Source: Leptogorgia sarmentosa
Lineage: Eukaryota
Direction of reading: 5' to 3'
Assembly (NCBI GenBank): GCA_964658305.1
Contig: OZ210885.1
Span: forward strand, 13,764,001-13,828,000
Length of the DNA: 64,000 nucleotides
The position numbers and the translations under genes were made by a program. Positions 38,601-47,599 of this stretch are shown here, in pieces (positions within the stretch are counted from its first letter, which is position 1; the number at the start of each line of letters is the position of its first letter). The notes beneath the pieces are model-generated. The model ran no database searches. It was not told the origin of the DNA and saw only the letters and a list, made by a program, of their open reading frames with translations.

Positions 38601-39513
38601 TGAAGGTCTAAAAATAAATCACTGTTACCAATTCAACACTAGATTTCTACAAGTGTAGCTAAAGTAAAGCTACACTATTGGAGAATTTAATTTTTTTTAC
38701 CTGTTCGACCCCATATAATTTCAACGATTGATCGTATTGAGATTCGCATTGAATTGTATATATGGAAATATATGAATAAAATTGGATGATAATAATAATA
38801 ATAAATGAATAATAAGAGAAATTCTTTCAACACATGGGGGTTTTCTTACCGGAGATAAAAAATGATCTGCGCAAAACATATTTAAAGGCATGATGAAATT
38901 CCGGCAATAATGCTAATAATACAGTACCTGTTTTATTCCAGAAATCTAGTTCATCACAAATTATTTTTTCGTCAGCTATTGGTAAATTTAATATTTTGAC
39001 CAAAGATTCCATTCCTTGAAACGAGGCATTGAACATATGTACAGTCCATTCAGAGATGTTACAATGAGCCCATGGGTTTCTGATGTCCGACCGAACTTTG
39101 TTTGCTTCAGCTGCAGCACCAGATGATACAAAAGGAGCTGCCTTGCCGATAATAGTCAGAATGGCTGACATATCCATGGTTTTATCAAATCCAGTGAAAT
39201 GTGCCATAAAGTCCGTGACGAATAGTTTCGCCAAAGAGACAGGATCTTTAACAGCATAATCATAAGCTGATTTAGTAGGCTTGTGGATAATGTTATTGTT
39301 AATGTTTTGATATTGTAGGTTATGGGTGGAAGGGGGTAATTTCTTCCTTCTGTATGCTGCGAAATCTTGCTTGTGAATTTCATCAGGTGGTTGGCATAAA
39401 GAATGATACCACTTCCCAAGTTCAATGGCGACAACGTTCCTCAATGCAGGTGCAAGAACTTTGGTAAAGGCAATGCCAACTAAAACCCAATGTTGTTCTT
39501 CCTCTGATATCAT
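2197..39513 (-). CDS. Multi-exon STAND receptor: HEPN-like (CXorf38/DZIP3 type) - heptad coiled coil - NB-ARC (APAF-1-like) - WD40 repeats, about 1520 aa or longer
   Basis: Manual splicing with GT-AG sites and matching phases: 39513-38928, 37900-37806, 36212-35369, 34104-33767, 33491-32849, 31259-30849, 26117-25872, 17552-17334, 14460-14251, 12634-12391, 11572-11340, 10879-10794 (alternative donor 10770), 2605-2197. No in-frame stops. The 3' end is uncertain: candidate last exon 1854-1799, read-through to the stop at 2189, or continuation left of the window. Confidence 0.85.
5696..7071. repeat. Minisatellite, 30/31-bp unit CATGACATGAGTAACTTTACTC(A/G)CA(G/A)CTAC(G/T), about 45 copies
   Basis: Directly visible head-to-tail array with no spacers. 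Confidence 0.97.
7295..8358 (+). pseudogene. Remnant first and last exons of a SAMD3-like transposon accessory gene
   Basis: 7295-7358 reads MEQVQECLKKNGFEEYRDRFL then GTAAGT, like a SAM-domain start. 8048-8358 follows a TTTTAG acceptor and, with one frameshift, reads ...LLETYYVFMFEYPQILNNFYLYLQ...stop. Confidence 0.55.
8370..9260. repeat. Tandem repeat, 99-100-bp unit, about 8-9 copies
   Basis: ACTCA(G/A)GATGTTGAGTCACTGTGG recurs at 8410, 8510, 8609, 8708, 8808, 8908, 9007 and 9106. Confidence 0.95.
9938..10200 (+). mobile_element. 3' fragment of a LINE with (AAT)n tail
   Basis: Encodes KNSFIPSSV, typical of CR1/L2-group RT C-termini, followed by an AT-rich UTR and (AAT)n at about 10180-10200. 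The first 131 bp are duplicated at 11147-11277. Confidence 0.5.
10794..10879 (-). CDS. Exon: short WD40 segment (GDLERAKLVAVSADDRYVVSLSKDGNIFQ)
   Basis: Phase-1 acceptor. Joins the next exon as DGNIFQ-VWNLSDG. An alternative in-frame donor exists after 10770. Confidence 0.7.
11340..11572 (-). CDS. Exon: WD40 repeats
   Basis: LTASWDGSIRVWN...HSNDVTDI...VSTSTDGTFKVWN. Phase 2 to 1. Confidence 0.92.
12391..12634 (-). CDS. Exon: WD40 repeats
   Basis: LVSGSYDGTIKIWD...ISGDSRGSARLW...EGHTNEI. AG/GTGAGT phase-2 donor. Confidence 0.92.
14251..14460 (-). CDS. Exon: WD40 repeats
   Basis: Joins as GTDDG-LKVYCVSTG, then DETIKLWK...FVGHKAWVKCV. TTGTAG acceptor and G/GTATGC donor. Confidence 0.85.
17334..17552 (-). 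CDS. Exon: WD40 repeats
   Basis: LLGHSDVVSCLAVSQSGTILASGSRDRSTILWR. Phase 1 to 1, G/GTAAGC donor. Confidence 0.9.
17892..18069 (-). repeat. 3' LTR
   Basis: Preceded on the minus strand by the polypurine tract GAGGGGGGGAG (18072-18082). Confidence 0.95.
18186..21891 (-). pseudogene. pol: Gypsy pol (PR-RT-RH-IN) broken by frameshifts near 20699 and 18490
   Basis: DLKSGYWQ continues in another frame as KVEEGDKEKTAF. YLDD, HHCC and a GPY-type integrase tail in ORF 18186-18404 are present. Confidence 0.93.
21947..23395 (-). pseudogene. gag: Gypsy gag interrupted by one in-frame TGA at 22907-22909
   Basis: ORFs 22907-23395 and 21947-22900 are in the same frame. Capsid-like YDGQSSWEAY...LARDQF and a damaged zinc knuckle CWKCGCWKCA. 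Confidence 0.85.
23412..23428 (-). other. Primer binding site TGGCGACCCCGCCAGGA (probably tRNA-Arg)
   Basis: Starts with TGG 3 nt inside the 5' LTR. Its complement TCCTGGCGGGGTCG-CCA resembles metazoan tRNA-Arg 3' ends; the tRNA identity is inferred. Confidence 0.75.
23432..23609 (-). repeat. 5' LTR
   Basis: Direct repeat of 17892-18069, followed on the minus strand by the PBS. Confidence 0.95.
25872..26117 (-). CDS. Exon: end of helical domain and first WD40 blade (not in the ORF track)
   Basis: TTTTCCAG acceptor. Translation GRLLSYEEYPGIKTLLEQL...LVPEFSCLDLGGPE...VICGLENGSITIFDLDTG, which completes the QLLGRL motif. G/GTAGGT donor. Confidence 0.85.
26900..27805 (-). pseudogene. Degenerate Helitron Rep/helicase N-terminal fragment
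   Basis: FAPGEG, YSTICKWELR..DRR and LRGSPPYFERCKKDLFAMIRQLG motifs typical of the Helitron N-terminal region. Broken by frameshifts and deletions. Confidence 0.75.
27810..28225 (+). repeat. Dispersed repeat of about 420 bp with an inverted copy at about 62620-63045
   Basis: TACTAATACCTTTTAAGACGTGAGGTT...TTGTCTCGCGCTTAATAAACGCACAAA matches the reverse complement of the distal copy. Confidence 0.85.
28855..30302. mobile_element. Non-autonomous TIR element with 9-bp TSD (AcademH- or MULE-like) carrying a ZAD-like ORF remnant
   Basis: Ends CAACGTCGTACCCAGGG and CCCTGGCTTGCGAGGTTG. TSD CATACGAAC at 28846-28854 and 30303-30311. Minus-strand ORF with CRLC...LPSQVC. Confidence 0.75.
29571..30237 (+). 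mobile_element. Nested P-element-like non-autonomous transposon with THAP remnant
   Basis: TIR C(C/A)CTGAGCTATA...TCTGGAGATCAGG. 8-bp TSD GTATTTTC at 29563-29570 and 30238-30245. MPRFCYVYGCHNS, a THAP-like start, near 29837. Confidence 0.7.
30511..30660. mobile_element. PIF/Harbinger-type MITE
   Basis: TIR AGCCGGTTTTCCACTAGCGA, flanked by TTA on both sides. Confidence 0.75.
30849..31259 (-). CDS. Exon: MHD motif (YRLHDLL) and APAF-1-like helical domain
   Basis: TTTCAG acceptor. Translation GSDIHGKKSYRLHDLL...YYFKYLTYHL...FNFNWL...PQLLG. G/GTAATT donor. Confidence 0.88.
31985..32586 (+). mobile_element. Non-autonomous TIR element, TAG..CTA termini, about 80-bp TIRs, 9-bp TSD (AcademH-like)
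   Basis: TAGCCTGTGCCCCAGACC...GGTCTGGGGCACAGGCTA. TSD GAGGAAATT at 31976-31984 and 32587-32595. Internal 92-aa ORF with CSIC...VCKRC. Confidence 0.85.
32849..33491 (-). CDS. Exon: NB-ARC Walker B, sensor 1, GLPL region and winged helix
   Basis: CLVILDDVW, CQLLITTR, DLPLAL and FALFPED motifs of the APAF-1/NB-ARC type. TTGCAG acceptor and G/GTAAAT donor. Confidence 0.92.
33767..34104 (-). CDS. Exon: NB-ARC N-terminal part with Walker A
   Basis: VVGIRGMGGLGKT P-loop and VIWLDIG strand. TTAG acceptor and ACG/GTATGT donor. Confidence 0.9.
35369..36212 (-). CDS. Exon: long coiled coil made of 7-aa tandem repeats
   Basis: CTGCAG acceptor (phase 0), 21-bp repeats encoding SKELGEH/SKELEQH/SAKFDHQ, phase-1 donor after 35369. 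Confidence 0.8.
35454..36104 (-). repeat. Coding minisatellite, 21-bp unit x31, with 63-bp and 126-bp higher-order periodicity
   Basis: 31 consecutive heptads counted in the translation. The block SKELGEH-SKELDQH-SAKFDHQ-SKELGEH-SKELEQH-SAKFDHQ occurs twice in tandem. Confidence 0.95.
37806..37900 (-). CDS. Exon: linker (DILVDGRDAKLIAESVAELCRCIKNYDLDATK)
   Basis: TTTCCAG acceptor and AAG/GTTTGA donor. This 95-nt exon converts phase 1 to phase 0, exactly as the flanking exons require. Confidence 0.75.
38928..39513 (-). CDS. Exon: N-terminal HEPN-like domain (CXorf38/DUF4559- or DZIP3-HEPN-like)
   Basis: Translation shows WVLVGIAFTKVLAPALR, DPVSLAKLF, MDMSAILTII and IRNPWAH (R-X4-H) in a helical pattern. 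Acceptor AG at 39522-39521, phase-1 donor after 38928. Confidence 0.7.
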
Positions 39514-40609
39514 TATCGTTCTATGAAGTAAACATAAAATAATGGTGTTACAATTTTAGCTACCAAAGCACAAAGCTTTTCTAAACAGTACAGACATAAT
39601 TACTTTTTGACATTTTAATGTTTTACAAATATGTGAAAGTAGAAGTTTCTTTGAAAATACTAGAACGTATGTCCTTTGAAAATACTGTATGAGTAACCCA
39701 GTTTTGAAAAATCAGACAAGCAAGATTTATACAATTTATAAGACGAGTGGAAAGTATTGACCACTCAACGCTGTCTGCAAATATTCGGCTTCGTTGCCTC
39801 GCAGTTTGTTCAGTATTTCGAGCATATTATGGATAGTTGCAAACTGACGACGATCAAATATATTTCTTTCGTTATTTTTATCATTCAAGCTGTGCCACTC
39901 TAAATAATATAATAATCGCTTTAAAGTCACTTAGATCATAAACAAATCAGTGGCGTAACCGAGGGGTGTCAGGGTGTCCAGTGACAGGGGGCCCCCGAAC
40001 TTTAGGGACCCCCGACAAAATGAACATAAAAAATTGATAGCACATTTCTGGGAAATTCAAATACGAAAAACAGACAGATAGGCAGGTGCGGGTGGAGTTG
40101 CCTATTAATTGGGACTTATGGTGTATCCTTTACCTGTTCTTTGGAAGAGAGAAGCGAAATTCATTAAATTCAAATTCGGGTTCGAGTCTATTCTGTAACA
40201 AAGTGAGGTTTGTCGTTGTGACAATCGTCTATGCTCAGATTTAAGTAAAACATTGTATTTTTTACACATAATGTCCATCCGGAAATATGCATATGTATAT
40301 CTATACATAGCCTACAGATATAGGGAATAATGAATTTATTAATAAACGTCGCACCTTCGCAACTACAGTGCGGCGGTTAATCGAGGATAAAAGAGAACTC
40401 ACGCAGGGACGTTTTTAACACCACGGTTGTCAATGTGACGATGATGTGAAGGAAATTGATATTCTATTCTGAACAGTTTTTGTTCATTCGTTAGGTTTTT
40501 GGGCAATAAAAATTACGAGCATTTACGGTACTTCCATGCTATCAGTCAAATATTCTTAATCTTGCAATAATTAAAAATGAAAGTTTTATGTTATGAGATG
40601 TATCCATGA

Positions 40610-43600
40610 CCTTTTACTGATAGAAATGTTGCTGAAGATATAATATAGTTTTTAATGAAATTTGTAAACAAAATTGCGCGAGGGTACACACTACCAGTAT
40701 TGAAGTTTGCTTTCCTATGAATTTAAAGGCCTCGTCGAAATCTAATCATAATTAAGAGCAGGAAATTTGCGATACAGACTGTAAGTTGTCAAATTACAAT
40801 GCAATTAAGGTCCATCTGCGTGTTGTTTGGCTCTCTGGTCATTGCATGTTCAAGTCTGAATAAGCTCAGTTCAATTTAGGATTTTCAGTAAATCGTGCCA
40901 CGTAGCGCTGTATGTCTAATGCAAGACATGCCAATGACTGAACATTCGCTGGAGTCATACGTCTCCATGATATAATAACCCCAAGAATACACTGCAGATA
41001 GTCATGAAAAGCTTTTTATAGCGTTCAATAATTATAATTAATGATTCATGATCCCGACCTTTTCAGATCAAAACGTTTGAAATGATATCTAGTTTTAGGA
41101 GTATCTTGTCTGAAAAATTTAAGTGTACAACATACAAACAACCGCTCTTGCTTGACGAATTGCTTAAACTAAGTGGTGTGTGAGGTGTTTATATGTGTTC
41201 ACGAAATCACAAAATAAAGCAAGACATCGACATACTTCAAGTTCACGTTTATTTGGCATTTTGTTGCAGACGCATGATATCGTGCTTTGAAAGGGAATTT
41301 GCAATGTGACATTTTACAACGTTACTCTGCAAACTGGAAATAATTTCGAAACATTTTCGTAATATCACCGATCGAGTGTTAAAATCTTTTGAAAGAAAAA
41401 GCGATTCTGTATTCATTTTGTGTCACATAACTCAACGCCGTCATATCTCGCGAACGTCAGTCGAGCAATTCTGTTTGCGGGTTTCACTTGAATGGTGCTG
41501 GGTCGAAGAACAATATAACTGACATAAGTCAGCAAGACACTCATATGTGACATTTTACGTGGGAACAGAGAGCCGCAATGATTAGATTAGCGTCAGCAAT
41601 AATGAATATAAATATAACTGATAGCACAATTTACATGGTTTTTTTCTCGACGGCAGCGCTTATTTCAAGCTAAAGTTTATGCAAATTAGGGTAAATCTTT
41701 TTAATTAAATACAATATGAAACTGCACTATGGTCGTTGTGAAACATCCAAGATCGTTTGGGTCACCATGACATTGTCAACATACATTTGCATCTGGAATA
41801 TTTTATGTTTCAACTCTGATTCTAATAAAGCAATGAAATACTTGCTTTCTATGAGATGACAGTTGATCAGTACTATAAAAACCATGCGCAGATTCGACTT
41901 TTCGAACAAAGGCTCTTTGTCGAGTAAAATACAATCCGTGGTGAGTGGATATTCCGCTGCACTTGATGCTATTATTCGTCAGACTAAACCTAAGTTAAAC
42001 GATGAACTCCAACAAAAGGCTTTCGCTCCAAATATTGAAACTTATTAATTGCATCGTTTAGGTAGTGAGCAAAACTCTTTCTGGTGTTTGCTGTTGTGAT
42101 CCGCTACCTGCACTGGCGCGCCGCATATTGAATATTTCCTTACACACTACTCGGTAAAAATAATTCAGTGACAATAAATTTGATGAATTCTACTGATCAC
42201 AAGACATTCGGTGTATAAACTACATAAAGCTGAAGCAAGTTGCTGTTTAAGCTTCGGGAATATTGTTGCAAAGTGCAAAGTAATGCATGTTGGGTTTCAT
42301 GCAACAAAACAGTATATTGAAATGATTTCTGTCACAATAATAAGACGTCTGAACGACCAATACAAGTTTACCCTATAACGTAAAATACTAAAATGTTTTT
42401 CGCCTGAGATGAGTTCGTAACTTTACACTAGCGCACAATGCAACTCAACTTATTTTTAATCCGTCATGAATTTAAAATCATCCGGTTATATTTTCCCTCT
42501 TCTTAGGAAATATAATTATCATATGAATGAAAAATTAAAGACAGTTCGTATATTAAATTTCGCAAAGATTTTGGCAATTAAATACCCATCACAGCGAAGT
42601 ACATGTTGATGTTACCGTGATTTTCAGGCATAGGTCATGTGGGAAAGAGTTTGGTAGATATACGCGTGACAATTTTAAAACTAAAGCACATATATCTTAC
42701 ATTCCTTTAAACAACCCCATAGTTCGTTTACTTGCATGCTGTCAGTCAATTTAATCTCAGTCTTTGTTTTATGGTAGACGCAATCTATCAACTGTTACAG
42801 ACTGAAATGTTGCCAATCATATACTATAGTTTTTAAAGAAACTTGTAAACAAACTTGCGTGAGGTATACGCACTGCTAGTATTGAAGTTTGCTTTCGTAT
42901 GAATTTGAAGACTTCGTCGCAACCTAATTAGTCAAGAACAGCAAATTTGCTAACAGCGCTACAGACTGAGCGTTGCTAAGTTGCAGTTATATCGCTGAAA
43001 ACCTGAAAGCAATAAAGGTCCACCTGTTGTTTGGTCTCTTGTTATTGCAGCTCAAGTCTGTATTGAATAAGCCCGAAGTGAGGATGGAGGCTGCTTTGTT
43101 TGGCAATGCTCAATTCAATTTAGGATTTTCAACAAATCGTGCCAAGTAGCGCTGTATGCATGACATGTCAGCGATTGAACACGCACCAGTCATATGTATG
43201 TTCACCATGATATAACCACCCAAGAATCAGTATAGATAGTAACGAAAAGCTTTAAAGCATTTATTAAATAATGATTTAACACCTCAGCTTTTAAAAAAAG
43301 ATCCAAATTTTTTTAGTTTTATCAGTATCTTGTCTGAATAAATTAAGTTTAATTTACAAACAAGCGCTCTTGCATGACAAATATCTTAGATAAACTAAGT
43401 GGTGATATGAGGAGTTTATGTGCAATACAAGGCTCACGAAATCACAGATAATTAAAAGTAAGAGCGACATAGAACACCCTCACATAACCTGAGACGATAT
43501 TACACGAATGGTAGAAGCGTAAAGGCATGTTTGTTTGTCATTGTGTTGCAACGTCATCAGATGGATATTGTGCTTTGAAAGGAAATGTGTTATATGGGAT

Positions 43601-44780
43601 TTTGTAACGTTATTGTGCAAACTGGAAATAGTTTCAAAAACTTTTATTAGTACTCACCGAATGTTGAATTTGCAATGATGTTAAAAGGGCAAACGCTTCT
43701 GCATTCAACTTGTACGATAAATGTCGTCACATATCGAGAACGTTCCAGCAATTGTGTTTGCGGGTTTCACTTGAATAATGCTGGGTCGAAGAACAATATA
43801 ACAGGAAGACACTCATGTCACAAGTTGCGTGGGAGCAAAGATTAGCAATGATTAGTTCAGGTTGAACAGAATTAGATTTAGAGATTATTCAATTGTATAT
43901 TCGCTGGATTTAATATTTAGCTATTATTCAAAAGCGATCTCTGAACGACCAATACAAACTTGCCGTATGAAGTAAAATACCAAAAGATGGTTCGTTTTTT
44001 ATATGAGTTCGTAGCTTTACAGAAACGCACAATACGACACAATTTGTGTTGTCAGTAAATGGAATTGTTTTTAATCCGTCATGAATTTAAAATCATCGGG
44101 TGGTATTGTCCCTCTTCTTGGGAAATATATTTATCATATGAATGAAAAATTAAAGAAAGTTCGCATAGGAAATTTCTCAAGGATTTTGGCAGTTCAATAC
44201 CCATCGCGGTGTAGTAGTTGCCGTGATTTTCAACTAAAAGTCATGTGTTACAGGGGGAAAGAGTTTTGTAGATATACACGTGAGAGTTTTAAAACGAAAG
44301 CACATATCTTACATTCCTTTAATGAATCCCGCAGTTCGAAAAAGTGTATTGAAATAATTATTTTTAATATCTCCACTGCACGACAAATTGCTTTGGGTCC
44401 ATTTCAATGTATTGAATTTTGTCATCCCGTGGTATTGAGATTCTGCCAAGGCCATTTACACGATAAAATTTGTATTATAGCGTATGGAATGCATGCAAAT
44501 AAACATGCGTGAATACAATGTATTTTAAATGCCGTCGTGTAATCAACAGGTAATATAGCATTTTGAAACGTTATTGTGCAAACTGGAAATAGTTTCAAAA
44601 TTTTTATAGTACTCACCGAATGTTAAATTCGCAAAGATGTTAAAAGGGCAAACGCTTCTGTATTAAACTTGTACGACGTAAATAAATGTCGTCACATATT
44701 GAGAACGTTCTGACAATTGTGTTTGCGGTTTTCAGTTGAATGGTGCTTGGTATAGAAACAGTAAAGACACTCATGTGTGG
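40610..44780. repeat. Diverged tandem segmental duplication (two units plus a partial third)
   Basis: 40610-41590 resembles 42795-43855, 42345-42715 resembles 43940-44335, and 43600-43820 resembles 44565-44780. Confidence 0.8.
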
Positions 44781-47599
44781 CAACAGCATGTAAGTTTACA
44801 TATTGATCGGCTGTTTCTCTAGGTTGCAGTGAAACTAGACACTGAATCATGCTTGAAGTATCACTCCTAAAATTCTCAAGACAAGCTGCACAGAATATTA
44901 TATAATAATAAATTCGAAATGTATATGTCATGTACAAAGCAGTATGGTATTGTACAAGCTGTATCTTATTAATCTTTTTCTCATTCGTACATGAAATAAG
45001 GATAAGGATAGAATTCCGTATCAATGTACATTTTCATGGAAGAAAAAGGGATATTTTGCGGCCCGCGTTAGATAGGTCAGTTTACAAAGAGTCTGACTGC
45101 TTCTCAATCTTTGATTTATTAATTGCACATCATACCATGCCATGGTAATAATGCAATGGTAATAATGGACACAATTATACGATGTTTGCTTCTAATACAA
45201 TGGCTAAAGGTCTTTAATATGATACCAGGATCTCACAAATCACGACTGAATCATGAAGGAATCTCGACATGATCTCGTAGGATCAACCGTGTCTGGGGTT
45301 GTCGAAGCGAGGATTTAAAATAGTTGATGAATTACGGACGATGAATGAGGTCAATCAACATTACATATTTTAGCTATAGGTTACGCCAACACATCAAAAA
45401 TTTATACAAATACCAACAACGTCAGTTTTGCAGAGGTATTAGATAGATAGATTATAAATTACATACTAACACACTTACCTACCAGCCTAGGTTGATTTCC
45501 ACAAGACGCGACCGGAGTAAAGATTGTTCCTAGACAAATCAGAAATATATCATGAAATCAAAAATCGTAGGAATCGTATGATGTGATATATATCAATACG
45601 CGATTCATACGTATTCCTACGAGGAATTGTATAGTCTACAGTAGGCTAGCAGGACGTTTGCTATCCTTTGATGTTGTTATTCACAACCTGGCCACATATT
45701 GAAATTAATTCCACTTTTTTAATCAGAATAGACTTTTGCCATGCTTGCTTTTGCCAACAACATGCAACATGTGATGATCCAGAAAGATGACATAACAAGA
45801 TCTCGAACGTCAAAGAAAAGCTGATAAGAACATCAACAGACAAGCAAAGAAAGGTTCTACTTAAACGACACATTTGACATTTCGAGTAATATTGGCCCAC
45901 CTTCCGGCGGCAATTTGTAATTAAGTAACTCCAAACGAAGGGCCTTCGCTCAAAACTTCAACTCAAGTCTTCTACTGATCACACATGGCGAGATGTCATG
46001 AAGTGGGATCATATAAGCCTGCCCTTCAAGTAACATTGTGTCATGTAGCAATCAATTCTATACCTATATCGGGGACGCAAATTTCTAATCTGCCGACAGT
46101 CGAGCACCTCAATAATAGTCGAACACCTCATTCACTCGTATTCAGCAACTCAACAGCGCTTAACACTAACCCAAACCCTATTCTTAACCCTAACTTTAAA
46201 CATTGACAAAATAAAATGCGTATTTTGAAAAAAATAGTTGAAAAATTATTATTATGCTTATTTCTAATGCCACTGTTGTTCATGTAATACAGTGAGGTGT
46301 CCGACCATCTTGGAGGTGTCCCACCGTCGACGGAATCGAAATAAGCATCGGGGACTATTATAAGTATGTCATAAACGTTTAAATATGTTAATTTGTATGC
46401 ACTTTAGCTTTAATTTTCTCAGTTTAGATGAAGTTATAATTTTGAAAATTTAACTCATAAACATGGCTCGCTTTTTAAGCCATTTCAAGCTGTTGTAGTC
46501 GAGTTTTATCAGATCCCCTCCTACGTTTGCTTTATATAAAATAACTGATACTTGAATATTTGTGATGTCCTCGCAGAGTGCGACAAATATATGTAAATGA
46601 TGACAAATAAGAATAAAACATGATATTGTCAGTTTGAAAAACAAACTAAAGCAATAACATGATAATAAAATAATCACCTTTGTCGACGCTCAGTTCAATT
46701 TGGTGAATCTTGACGATATTTTAAAATACAACCATCAATTCACACAACAATACTGCGCTTCGTTCCCTCATCTGCAAGACAGGAAAATTCTATTGAAACG
46801 AAGCTAATTAATCATCTTTATTTTTCTATACATAATATACCTTGAATAACAAGACTTAAGTGATTTAAAATGACCAACAGTGTTTCAATACACCATGCAG
46901 GGAAGGCTTTTGTTGTGTTTCCGCCACTTTTATAACTATTTTAATTATGTCAAGTTAATTAATAATCCCCTACCGTTAAAAGGTTGACACAAATATGATT
47001 AAGTCTAACATTGTTCATGTACTTTTGTATAGAACACGCATATACCCATTATATTGCCATAGAGCGAACGAATAGCAATAAAATTATGTTGTCGCACATC
47101 CATAGGACAATGTTGTGAATCTTGGTACTTATTTAGTACTCTTCACATGCAGTTTAGCTTGAGTTATGGAAGGAATACAGTAATAAACCACAGAACAATT
47201 AATTGAATGAAATTCACCAAAATGGTATTTCCCGGGATGAACTTTCACATTCGAGTTAAATAACTCTTCAATCCGCAGTATACCTATAGCTATATTTTTT
47301 TATTTTCGCAAATTATTTGTTGATCATGATTTCACCTGATTTAGTAATCACACCATTCAAATAATAATACCCAGACACAAAGCGACGTTTGATTATGCTT
47401 TCGCCTTTCACAATTTTCATTTTTATTGCATCCGACAGAACAGGATAAGGTTAGAGCTTGGGTTGGCTAGGGTTAGGACTAGGGAGAGGTTCTGATTAGG
47501 TTGAAACGACAACCACGACTATGCTGAAATATGATCACAAAGATGACGCACCATGCATTGCTTGGATAATTATATCACACAATTCAAAGAATGCTCTTG

